DNA from: Anaeromyxobacter sp.
GTDB lineage: Bacteria > Myxococcota > Myxococcia > Myxococcales > Anaeromyxobacteraceae
Assembly: GCA_049840735.1 (NCBI GenBank)
Contig: JASGJN010000011.1
Span: forward strand, 71,951-135,950
Length of the DNA stretch: 64,000 nucleotides
Direction of reading: 5' to 3'
Under the pieces are notes generated by a model. That model was not told the DNA's origin. It saw nothing but the letters and a program-made list of their open reading frames with translations, and searched no databases. The position numbers were made by a program, and so were the translations under genes. Shown piece by piece: positions 32,885 through 42,677 of the stretch. The stretch's first letter is position 1. Each line of letters begins with the position of its first letter.

Positions 32885-33994
32885 ATGACCCGCCCAGCCC
32901 GCCCCCGCCCCGCCCACGCGCTCGCCCGCCACCTGCCCGCGCTGGCGCTCGGCGGCGTCCTCCTCACCGGCTGCACCACCATCCGCGCGCCCGCCGGCCA
33001 GATCGCCGGCGCGGTGCCGGTGCGCGACGGCCGCGCCGAGCCGCAGGCTGCGCTCTGGATCGAGAGCGGCAAGCCGGTCACGCCGCAGGAGCAGGCCGAG
33101 GTGCACGCCAAGGCGCGGGCGGCGCTGGAGCTGGCGCTGGCCAACCGGCCCCCGCTGCCCGGCGATCCGCTGGTGGTGGTCCGCGAGCAGGGCGTGACCC
33201 GCACCCGCTCGCACCGCCGCGACCAGGAGGTGGCCGTGGCCGGGGCGGTGGTCGGCGCGGTGGTGGTGGTGGCCGCGGTGGCGGTGGCGGCCTCCAGCGA
33301 TCACGGGGGATCCTCCCACGCCTCGCACGCGTCCGCCGCCTCCGGCGCCCGCGCGCCGCGCGGCGCCTCGCTCTCCAAGGTCCCGGCCCCGCGCCCGTCG
33401 GGCGGCGGCTTCCGTCCGCCCAGCCCGCGCGCCGTGCCCGCGCCCGGCTTCCGCCCGCCCACCTACGCGGCCGCGCCCGCCCCGGGCTTCGCCGGCCACG
33501 GCGGGCACGCCCACGGCTGGGACACCACCGTCGCGTTCGGCTTCGGCCTCGACTTCACCGCGGTGGGCCAGCCGGAGACGGAGGTCGTCTACGGCCCCTG
33601 GGCCGGCCCCCCGCCCTACGCCGCCGCCGCTGCGCTCCCGCCGCCGCCCATGGACCTCCCGCCGCCGCCGGACGCGGAGCCCGCCGCGCCGCTGGAGCAG
33701 GCGCCGCCGGAGGTGCAGGAGGTGGCGCTGGCGCCGGTGGTGCCGCTCGCCGTGGACCAGCGCGGCTTCTTCGACGGGGACGTGCTGGAGCTGGACGTGA
33801 CGCTGGTGGACCGCTACACGGGCGAGCCGCTCTGGTGGAAGCGGGTGAGGAAGGACGCCGACCCGCTCGACGCGCCCGCGGTGCGGCGCGCCGTGAGCGA
33901 GGCGCTGCGGGACGAGGGCTGGCTCCCGCCACCGCCGCTGCCGGCCGGCCGGCCCGCGGCCGCGCCCGGCCCGGCGCCGGTGCCGAGCGCCTGA
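32885..33994 (+). CDS. Pro/Ala-rich hypothetical lipoprotein
   Basis: Lipobox LTGC; SD GGAGGA. Confidence 0.65.
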   Translation: MTRPARPRPAHALARHLPALALGGVLLTGCTTIRAPAGQIAGAVPVRDGRAEPQAALWIESGKPVTPQEQAEVHAKARAALELALANRPPLPGDPLVVVREQGVTRTRSHRRDQEVAVAGAVVGAVVVVAAVAVAASSDHGGSSHASHASAASGARAPRGASLSKVPAPRPSGGGFRPPSPRAVPAPGFRPPTYAAAPAPGFAGHGGHAHGWDTTVAFGFGLDFTAVGQPETEVVYGPWAGPPPYAAAAALPPPPMDLPPPPDAEPAAPLEQAPPEVQEVALAPVVPLAVDQRGFFDGDVLELDVTLVDRYTGEPLWWKRVRKDADPLDAPAVRRAVSEALRDEGWLPPPPLPAGRPAAAPGPAPVPSA

Positions 33995-34000
33995 GCGCGC

Positions 34001-34561
34001 TCACCCGGCGTGCGTCGCCGGGCCCGGGCGCCACCCGGCCAGCCACAGCCCCAGCACCCACGCCGGCGCCGCGCCCTGCAGCGCCCAGCCGGCCGCCTGG
34101 ATGGTGCCGCCGATCAGGTCGGCGGCGCCGCGCAGGTGGAGCATCCCCAGCATCTGCCACCAGTCGTGGGCGTCGATGGACGGCGCGAGCAGCGGCAGCA
34201 CCCGGCGCTGCGCGTCGGCGGCGTAGATCCCCACGTCCACCAGGTTGATGCCCATCCAGACCAGCGCCGCGCCCAGCGAGGCCGCCTCCCGGCGGCGGGC
34301 GAACACGGCCGCGGCGACGAGCGGGAAGGCGAGCTGCCCGAGCGTCCCGCCCAGCACCACCAGGAAGCGCAGGCCGGTGGGCATGAGGATCAGGTGGCCG
34401 GCCTCGTGGAAGAGCAGGTCGGCGCCGGCCACGATCCGCGCCAGCCAGCCGTGGGACGCCTGCGAGGCGGCCAGCGCGGCGGCGCCGGCGGCCAGCCCCA
34501 GCGCGGCGGCGCGGCTGGGCGCCGGGAAGGCCGGCTCCTCCGTCGGGTCGGGCTGCTCCAC
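34001..34561 (-). CDS. Membrane protein with HExxH (M50-like metallopeptidase motif)
   Basis: FHEAGH, GGTLGQL, HDW. Confidence 0.7.
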   Translation of the reverse strand: MEQPDPTEEPAFPAPSRAAALGLAAGAAALAASQASHGWLARIVAGADLLFHEAGHLILMPTGLRFLVVLGGTLGQLAFPLVAAAVFARRREAASLGAALVWMGINLVDVGIYAADAQRRVLPLLAPSIDAHDWWQMLGMLHLRGAADLIGGTIQAAGWALQGAAPAWVLGLWLAGWRPGPATHAG

Positions 34562-34647
34562 GGCTCCATCCTACCCCGGCCGCACGCCCCCGCGCGGCAG
34601 CCCATCCGCGCGGGGCGGCGCGGCCGCGGGTGCGCTAATCTCCGAGG

Positions 34648-35265
34648 GTGCCCCCGGACGATGACATGGCCGCGCCGGCCTCGCCCACCTCGGCGCTGGC
34701 GCCCGGCTTCCTGGCCGCCTCCCCCACCCTGGCCGACCCGAACTTCGCCCGCTCCCTGGTGCTGATGGCCGAGCACCACGACGAGGGGGCGCTCGGCTTC
34801 GTGGTGAATCGGCCCGGCCCCATCACCGTGGGTGACGTGCTGGGCGGCCTGGACGACGGCCTCCTCGCCGCCGCGGAGCGGCGCGGCCGGGCGGCCGAGG
34901 CGGTGCTGGTGGGCGGCCCGGTGCAGCCGGAGCGGCTCTGGATCCTCTTCCGCCCCGGGCCCGGGCTGCCGGAGGAGGGCGCGGTGCTGGTGGCCAAGGG
35001 CGTGGCCCTGGGCGGCTCGCGCGAGCTGCTGGACGCGCTGGTGCTCGGTCCCTCCACCGGCCCCTACGCGCTGCTCCTGGGCTACGCCGGCTGGGCCCCC
35101 ATGCAGCTGGAGCAGGAGGTCGCCGCGGGGGCGTGGGTGCCGCTGTCGCTCTCCGCCGACCTGGTGTTCGAGGTGGAGCACGAGAAGCGCTGGGACACGG
35201 CGGTGCGGCGCATGGGGCTGGATCCGTCCGGCTTCATGGTGGGCGGGGGCGGGGCGCAGGCGTAG
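34648..35265 (+). CDS. YqgE/AlgH (DUF179) family protein
   Basis: DPNF.RS, GFVVNRP, GGPV, GYAGW..QLE.E. Confidence 0.9.
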   Translation: MPPDDDMAAPASPTSALAPGFLAASPTLADPNFARSLVLMAEHHDEGALGFVVNRPGPITVGDVLGGLDDGLLAAAERRGRAAEAVLVGGPVQPERLWILFRPGPGLPEEGAVLVAKGVALGGSRELLDALVLGPSTGPYALLLGYAGWAPMQLEQEVAAGAWVPLSLSADLVFEVEHEKRWDTAVRRMGLDPSGFMVGGGGAQA

Positions 35266-35516
35266 CCGCGGCCGGGCTTGCCGTCTTCGTCCGGAGGCCT
35301 GAGGTCTGGAGCCTGGGCCTCGAGGCCGTGCGCCCCGCAGCCCTCCCGGGCCCTCCGCCCGGCAGGACCGATCGGCCAGGCGGGGCGCGGACTTCGGGCG
35401 TTCCCGCCGGGGTCGCGGGAGGTTGCGGGGCTGGACGTCGAGGCGTACGGCGGCCACGGCAGGCCGGCGCCGGTCGCGGCGGCCGCTCACCTCAGGTCCC
35501 TTCGATGTCGCCGCCG

Positions 35517-36886
35517 CGGGTAGGAGCCCGGCGTTTCAGCGTGTCGCGACGGCGACGGGGTGCGGGCGGAGACCCGCGAGCTGCTCCTCGGTGGCGGCGA
35601 CGAGGACGTCGCGCACCGTCGCCAGCAGAATCTCGCCAGCGGGTGGCCCGGCCCTCGTCCGACCGGAGCGTGACTGCGCGGTAGAGGGCCAGCAGCGTGT
35701 ACGCGATCCGCCGGAGCAGCAGCACCGCCAGCATGCCCTGGGGGTCGGCCTCGATCCAGGGCCGGTCGTCCTCGGCGAAGGCGGTGTCGAGGGTGTAGTG
35801 GTTCTGGTTCTCCACGCCCCAGTGGCGGCGGACGAGGAGCATCCACTGGGCTGGCGTGAGCCTGCCCGGCTGCAGGCTGCTCACGAAGAGGCGGGCGTCC
35901 TGCTCGACGATCTCCCCGCCGCGCCGCTTGACGTATTCCACCCGCAGGAAAGTCCCGGCGTGCCCCCAGACCGACTCCTCCGGCGTCTTGCTGCCGCTGT
36001 AGCTCCAGCTCGGATCGACGCCCAGCAGCGTCAGGCTGCGGGTGACGGTGGTGGCGTTGTCGAGCACGTCCAGCGTCTGGGCCGCCATCTCCTGCGCGCC
36101 CAGGAGCTCGCTCGCCAGCTTGAACATGGTCCGCTGCTCGCCCTTGAGCGTGAACAGGTAGTCCTTGCCCGCGGCCACCACGGCGCTGGCGTTGGCCTCG
36201 GAGAGCGCGCCGGCGTCGTAGGTCACCACGCGGAAGAGGCCACCGTGCACAGCGGTCAGGCGCTCGAACGCCTGCTGGAAGAAGCCCACCTCGTTCGCCT
36301 GGGCGGGGATCGGGATGGCGTCGATGCAGGGCCGCCCCGCCGCCGAGACCAGCGCGCAGGTCACCGTCCGCACCAGGCCGAACGGGACCGCCTGCCCTTC
36401 GATGTGGTTCTGCACCAGCGGGTGGTTGAGGACCGGCAGCATCGTCACCTTGCCGTCCAACGCCACGACGCCGAATGGCAGCCCCACAGGCGCGAGCGCC
36501 TTCCGGCGCCACGCCGCCCGGACCGCGCGGTGCAGCGCCGCCCGCAGCGACTCGAGCGGCACGCGGCAGAGCGCGTCCCGCGCCGTCGTGTCCGCCAGCC
36601 GCCGCGGCAGCCCCAGGCGGCGACGCATCGCCGGAGCCAGGTTGTCGGTGAGCCGCTCCGCGTCCCAGAGGCTGCGGCATCCCGCCATCAGCCCCAGCAG
36701 CGTGGCCCGGAGGATCTGCGACAGCGCCCACCGGCCCTCCCGTGCCCGGGGGTCGTAAACCCTGTCTAGGTCCAGCTCCGGCAGCCGGGCGCGCAGCAGC
36801 CCCGCCACCCTCCTCACAGCCCTTTCCCTCACGGATCGCCTCTCGTATGATCTCGGGGTCGTTGGCATCCGCCGGGCTCCTACCCG
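35517..36886 (-). mobile_element. ISAs1-family insertion sequence bounded by 17-bp perfect inverted repeats
   Basis: CGGGTAGGAGCCCGGCG at 35517-35533 and its reverse complement at 36870-36886; no TSD seen, so the true ends may lie further out. Confidence 0.7.
35536..36868 (-). CDS. ISAs1-family DDE transposase (frameshift ~35630)
   Basis: VYDPR, ALDGK, NE, TYDA, LKGEQ, RRHWGVENQNH..LD..F.ED. Confidence 0.88.
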
Positions 36887-36897
36887 ACGACAGCCGT

Positions 36898-36938
36898 GCG
36901 GCGGGCGATCGTTCGAGGATCGCCCGCCGCTTTTCTTT
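36898..36938 (+). terminator. Strong intrinsic terminator, antisense to the transposase
   Basis: Perfect 13-bp stem GCGGCGGGCGATC/GATCGCCCGCCGC followed by TTTTCTTT. Confidence 0.8.
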
Positions 36939-37086
36939 CGTACCCTGAGTGGAGATGGGCGCGCGAATTTGTGCGTGCCCCACGGTCATGGGCTGCGGCG
37001 ACCCAACCTGGCGTCCTCACGGCCGACTACTTCGGGCGGGGCCTCGCGCTACCAATCACGCCTGCTCCGCCCGGCCGCCCGCTTCC

Positions 37087-37125
37087 TTGACGTCAGACCG
37101 TGCGTTCAGTATTCATCCGTTCAGT
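37087..37125 (+). promoter_or_regulatory. recA sigma70 promoter overlapped by two LexA-box-like sites
   Basis: TTGACG-N17-TATTCA; direct repeat CGTTCAGT resembles the myxobacterial LexA consensus ending GTTCAG. Confidence 0.65.
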
Positions 37126-37306
37126 GGTCCGGGGCGCCCGGTTGTCAGGGGGCGCTGGTAAGCCAGGCCACGAAACGGCGAGCGAAGGGGGCCTTGGGGT
37201 CGTTTCGCATGACCCCGCGCCATGAGGGCGGGGACCCACAACGCGCGGAGCGCTCGCCGACGCGCACGCAAAGCCGCCGCAGCACACGGCGGTGAGGAGA
37301 GCGAAG

Positions 37307-38383
<1,077 letters not shown>

Positions 38384-38480
38384 GCCCTGCCCTTCGGCTG
38401 GGCGGCCCTGCCCTTCGACTGGGCGGCCCTGCCCTTCGACTCCGCGAGCCCTGCGGGCTCGCTACGCTCAGGGCGGTCGG
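38384..38480 (-). repeat. Tandem 21-bp repeats running into a REP-like repeat
   Basis: GCCCTGCCCTTCGRCTGGGCG x2, then a third unit continuing into a REP whose core is identical to the 2528-2577 copy. Confidence 0.8.
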
Positions 38481-38530
38481 ACCGGTGAGTTGAAGGCATC
38501 GATGTCAGACGGGTGAGGTAGACAGGATCC

Positions 38531-38643
38531 ACGGGCGTCGCGCCTGGCAGTACGAACCACATCGCCTGATGGAGACGTCAGGCATCGCCCTTGCGGGCGT
38601 CTGGGGGCCGACCTCGAGAGGGGTCGGCCCTCACCTTTTCTTC
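38531..38643 (+). ncRNA. Candidate ~110-nt small RNA or structured recA 3' region
   Basis: TAGACA -10-like site at 38519; three successive hairpins ending in a terminator with CTTTTCTT; no credible ORF. Confidence 0.4.
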
Positions 38644-38740
38644 TCGGCCGGCAAGGTCAGGTGCGGCAGACGTGCAGGGGGGCGCCTGGCGCGCCTCCGA
38701 CCCGAACCGCGCTACACTGGCCCCGCTACAGGTCACGCCC

Positions 38741-40198
38741 TTGAAGGACACCACCGACAAGCTCTGGCTGCGCACCCTGGTCGACGAGGAGCTGGCTCGC
38801 CACGACCCGGACGCCGTCCGCGCGCGCCTGCCGGCGGGCCTGCAGGCGCGCGAGCGCCCCACCGATCTGCCTCCGGCCACGCGGCTGCTGGTGACGCGCT
38901 CGCTCCGCTCCCGCCGGCTGGGGCCCGCTGCCGCCGATCCCGCCGCCGCCTTCCAGGCCGCCGTGCGCGGGCACGTGGGGCTGCTGCTGGAGCTGGCGGT
39001 GGTGCGGGGTGAGCCGTTCGTGCCGGCGCAGCAGCGGGCCGAGATCGCCGCCTTCCTCGCGGCGGCGCTGGGCGAGCATGCCCTGGCGGTGGAGGTCGCG
39101 CCCGAGGTGCCCGGCGGCGACAGCGACCGCGCCGTCGAGCGCGCGATGGCAGCGGCGGGCGAGGCGCTGCGCGCGCGCTTCTTCCCGCCGGGCGACCCGG
39201 TGCACGGGCTGCCGCTCTACCCGGGCGCGGTGACCGTGCTGCGACGGCGGCTGGCTCGCGTGGCGCTGGGGCACGCCCGCCAGGGCCGGCTGGACCCGGT
39301 CGCGCTGGAGCGGCACGGGGCCTACGCCGAGACCGAGCTCTCGCTGCTGGCCGAGGCCGTGGCCGGCCTGCTGGCCGCGGCCGGCGAGCCGGACGACCGC
39401 GGCCCGACCGTGCGCGCCCGGCAGCTCTCGCGCCTGGGGCTCTCGCGGGCCGCGCTGCGCGAGACCCGGCGGCGCGTGGTGGAGCCCCGCCCGCCCGATG
39501 CGCTGGCCGCGGCTGCCCCGGAGCGGATCCGCCCCTTCCTGCACGAGCAGCTGCTGCTGGCGCAGCTCCGGGCGCACCTGCCCGCCGCCCGCGCCCTGCC
39601 CGTGATCGAGGCCTTCGTGGCCGCCGCCGGCCTCGACCCGGCCACGGTGCTCGCCTCCCAGGTCGAGGCCGCCGCCCAGTCCGGCGATCACCAGGCCTGG
39701 TTCGAGGCCATCGACGAGGGCGCCGAGCTCGACTGGCAGCGCCTGGCCGACCACTGGGAGACCGTGTCCGACACGGTGGTGGAGCGCGTCTCCTCCGCCG
39801 TGACGGAGAACCTGGACGCGCTGGTCACCGAGATCCGCGAGACCGGCGAGCTGGGCCAGCTGCTGGCCCGCGCCGCCGCCGGCCAGACCCTCACCGCCGA
39901 GGAGCGGGGGAAGGTCCGCGCCCAGCTGGTGGACCTGGCCAAGGCCGTCCCCGCGCTGGCGCTGTTCGCGGCGCCCGGCGGGACCATCCTGCTGCCGGTG
40001 CTGGCCAAGCTCCTGCCCTTCAACTTCCTGCCCAGCGCCTGGGACCGCGGGGCGAAGAAGGAGGCCAGGGTGCAGCGGGGGGCGAAGGAGCAGAAGGGGG
40101 CGGAGGAGCAGAAGGATTCGAGCGAGGCGAGGAGCTCGGCGGGGGAAGCGGCCCCGAACGTCGCGGCGGATGCGAAGTCGCCGCCAACGAAGAACTAG
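38741..40198 (+). CDS. Protein with C-terminal LETM1-like domain
   Basis: KVRAQLVDLAKAVPALALFAAPGGTILLPVLAKLLP...LPSAW; start codon (TTG) uncertain. Confidence 0.65.
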   Translation: MKDTTDKLWLRTLVDEELARHDPDAVRARLPAGLQARERPTDLPPATRLLVTRSLRSRRLGPAAADPAAAFQAAVRGHVGLLLELAVVRGEPFVPAQQRAEIAAFLAAALGEHALAVEVAPEVPGGDSDRAVERAMAAAGEALRARFFPPGDPVHGLPLYPGAVTVLRRRLARVALGHARQGRLDPVALERHGAYAETELSLLAEAVAGLLAAAGEPDDRGPTVRARQLSRLGLSRAALRETRRRVVEPRPPDALAAAAPERIRPFLHEQLLLAQLRAHLPAARALPVIEAFVAAAGLDPATVLASQVEAAAQSGDHQAWFEAIDEGAELDWQRLADHWETVSDTVVERVSSAVTENLDALVTEIRETGELGQLLARAAAGQTLTAEERGKVRAQLVDLAKAVPALALFAAPGGTILLPVLAKLLPFNFLPSAWDRGAKKEARVQRGAKEQKGAEEQKDSSEARSSAGEAAPNVAADAKSPPTKN

Positions 40199-40201
40199 CC
40201 C

Positions 40202-40249
40202 CCGTTCGCCCTGAGCGTAGCGGCGCGCAGCGCCGCGAAGTCGAAGGGC
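40202..40249 (+). repeat. REP-like palindromic repeat
   Basis: CCGTTCGCCCTGAGCGTAGCGGCGCGCAGCGCCGCGAAGTCGAAGGGC. Confidence 0.8.
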
Positions 40250-40395
40250 AGGCCGCAGCGCTGAAGTTCAACAGCATCCGCGGGATGACCCACACGAGCT
40301 CCCACAGCGGGAGTGAACCCGGGTGCCCTCGAAAGTGCGACCGGGCGGCGCGGCCGGGGGCGTGTGCGGGCCTCGGCGCTCGCGCGCCTCGGCGG

Positions 40396-41916
40396 TTACT
40401 CGGCGGTACGCCTCAGCCGATCCGCCAGCCTCAGCGCGTCCTCGTTCACCCCGGCAGTGAGCCGGCGGCCGCGATCGGCGGTGATCATCTGGTCCAGCTT
40501 GTCGGCGATCTCGCCGCCGGCCGCGCCGAGCTTCTCGCGGCCGGCCAGCCACTGCAGCCCGAGCAGCGCGTGGTAGCGCGCCGCCAGGTCGGACTCGTCG
40601 TTCACGGCCCGCGTGGCCGCGGCGGCCAGCGCGGGGGCGTCGGCGGCGCCGCCGGCCCGCCCGACCTCCAGCGCGGCCCGGTCGCGCACGGCGGCGGACG
40701 GGTCCTGCAGCTTCGCGGCCCAGCAGGCCAGCGCCGTGCACTCGCGCGCCGCGGCCAGCTGCGCCAGCATCCCCTCCAGCACCGGCTTCTGGTCGGCCGG
40801 GCAGCCGGACCGGGCGCCCTCCACCACCGGCACCTCCGCCTCGCCGCCCAGGCGCGCCACCGCGGCCAGGGGGCCGTGGCGCAGGTCCCACTCACCCGAC
40901 CCGGCCGCGGTGCGGAGCGCCGGGAGCGCGCCGGCGTCGCCGATGCGGGCCAGCGCGTCGCCGTAGCGGTCGCGCGCCACCGGGTCGGTCTCGCGGGCCA
41001 GCAGGTCGCAGAGCGGCTTCACCGCCTCGCGCGCCCGCAGCCGCCCCAGCGACTCGGCCGCGAAGACGCGCACGAAGAGCTGCAGGTCGGGGCGCGCGTC
41101 CTTGTACGAGAGCCGGGCCAGCAGCGCCGGCACCGAGTCCGGGCCGCCCACGTCGCCCAGCAGCTGCGCCGCCTTGGCGTAGAGGGCGCCGGGCGGGACC
41201 TTCCGCTCGCGGGCCCAGTCGGCCAGGGCCGCGTCGCTCCCCTCCAGCACCGCCCGGACCGGCGCCTCCATGGGCTTGCCGATCTGGATGGCCGCGAAGG
41301 CCGCCTGCGGGTAGAAGGACGCCCCCGCGCGCTCCTCGAAGAGCATCCGGATCACCACCGGCGCGGCGCGCGGGTCGCCCACCCGCCCCAGCGCCATCAG
41401 CGCGTGCTGCGCCGTCACCGGCTCCACCGCCGGCGAGGTGGCCACCGCGATGAGCGTGTCCACCGCGGCCGGGTCGCCGATCCGTCCCAGCGCGTCGAGC
41501 GCCGCCACCTGCGTGTAGGCGTCGCCGGAGGTGGCCAGCTGCTGCAGCGCCGGGACCGCCTCGCGCGCCCGCAGCTGTCCGAGGGCGCCGGCGATCCGCT
41601 TGTTGGCCTCGGCGCCGTCGCGGTCGCTGCCCGGCAGGATGGCCGCCACCAGCGCCGGCGTGGCCGAGGGGTCGCCGATCTCGCCCAGCACCAGCGCCGC
41701 CTCGCCGCGCACGCGCGCGCTCTTCTGCCCCAGCAGCTCGACCAGGTACGGCACCGCGGCCTGGCGATCGCCGGGCGCCTTGCGCGCCTGGGCCAGCGCC
41801 TCGAGCTTGTCGTCGACGCGGTTGGCGCCGGCGGCCTTCCTGGCCCAGCCGGCGGGGTCACTGGGGGTGCAGGCAGCGAGCAGCAGGGCGGCGAGGCAGG
41901 TCGCGAGGTGGCGCAT
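40396..41916 (-). CDS. HEAT-repeat lipoprotein
   Basis: Lipobox LAAC; repeated VR..AA..LG.IGD..A units. Confidence 0.8.
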   Translation of the reverse strand: MRHLATCLAALLLAACTPSDPAGWARKAAGANRVDDKLEALAQARKAPGDRQAAVPYLVELLGQKSARVRGEAALVLGEIGDPSATPALVAAILPGSDRDGAEANKRIAGALGQLRAREAVPALQQLATSGDAYTQVAALDALGRIGDPAAVDTLIAVATSPAVEPVTAQHALMALGRVGDPRAAPVVIRMLFEERAGASFYPQAAFAAIQIGKPMEAPVRAVLEGSDAALADWARERKVPPGALYAKAAQLLGDVGGPDSVPALLARLSYKDARPDLQLFVRVFAAESLGRLRAREAVKPLCDLLARETDPVARDRYGDALARIGDAGALPALRTAAGSGEWDLRHGPLAAVARLGGEAEVPVVEGARSGCPADQKPVLEGMLAQLAAARECTALACWAAKLQDPSAAVRDRAALEVGRAGGAADAPALAAAATRAVNDESDLAARYHALLGLQWLAGREKLGAAGGEIADKLDQMITADRGRRLTAGVNEDALRLADRLRRTAE

Positions 41917-41936
41917 GCGAAGCCCTCCGGTGCGGG

Positions 41937-42578
41937 TCAGGCGGCGTCGGCGTCCGTGCGCGGACGCTCGACGGCGATGGGGGTCAGCTCGGGCTCGGCG
42001 GCCAGCGCCCGGCGGCGCTCGGCCACCTCGGCCTCCAGGGCCTCGATCACCGGCGCCAGCTCCGGCGCGCGCGGCAGGGCAGCGCGCATGCGCATCAGGG
42101 CCTGCTCCAGGTCGGCCAGGTGGCGGATCTCGCGGGACTTCAAGGCCTCGACGGCGTCGATGAAGACGCGGAAGAAGGCCTTCAGCTCGTCGCTGCGGCG
42201 CAGGGTGCGCATCCGCGGGAAGCGCCCCTCGGCCAGCACGGTGAGGTAGTGGCTCATCACGTAGACCGGCCCGGCGACCCGGTGCGTGATCACCACGCCC
42301 AGGAGCCCCAGCGCCGCGGCCAGCGCCACCGCGATCACCACGAAGGTGAAGGCCAGGATGTGGTCGCTGCGCTCGATGGCGGCGCGCGTCTCGGGCGTGG
42401 GCTGGAGCAGGTCCAGCGCCTGGGTGTGCGCCTGCGTGAGCCACAGGCCGAAGATGACCGCCACCGCCACGCCCGCGGCCGCCATCACCAGCGCGTACTT
42501 GAGCTGGAAGCCCCGGTCGACGAGGAACCGCCGCCGCGACGGGCGGTGAGACGCGGATGCGGCGGAGCCCTCGGGCAT
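41937..42578 (-). CDS. 2-TM membrane protein with HAMP-like region
   Basis: RRRFLVDRGFQLKY, THRVAGP, LRRSDEL. Confidence 0.7.
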   Translation of the reverse strand: MPEGSAASASHRPSRRRFLVDRGFQLKYALVMAAAGVAVAVIFGLWLTQAHTQALDLLQPTPETRAAIERSDHILAFTFVVIAVALAAALGLLGVVITHRVAGPVYVMSHYLTVLAEGRFPRMRTLRRSDELKAFFRVFIDAVEALKSREIRHLADLEQALMRMRAALPRAPELAPVIEALEAEVAERRRALAAEPELTPIAVERPRTDADAA

Positions 42579-42677
42579 GTCATGCTCCCTTCGACGGGTG
42601 GACGGGCGGTGAGAGTCCCTCGATTGTATCGCGTGTGCGACGCCGGGCAACGCGCGGCCTCGCCGGAGGTGCGACCC

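Noticed and set aside
38384..38446. Possible CRISPR array
   Set aside because: Units are contiguous with no unique spacers, and no cas genes are in the window
40251..40395. Hairpins between convergent genes as a possible ncRNA
   Set aside because: No recognisable family motif, promoter or second copy in the window
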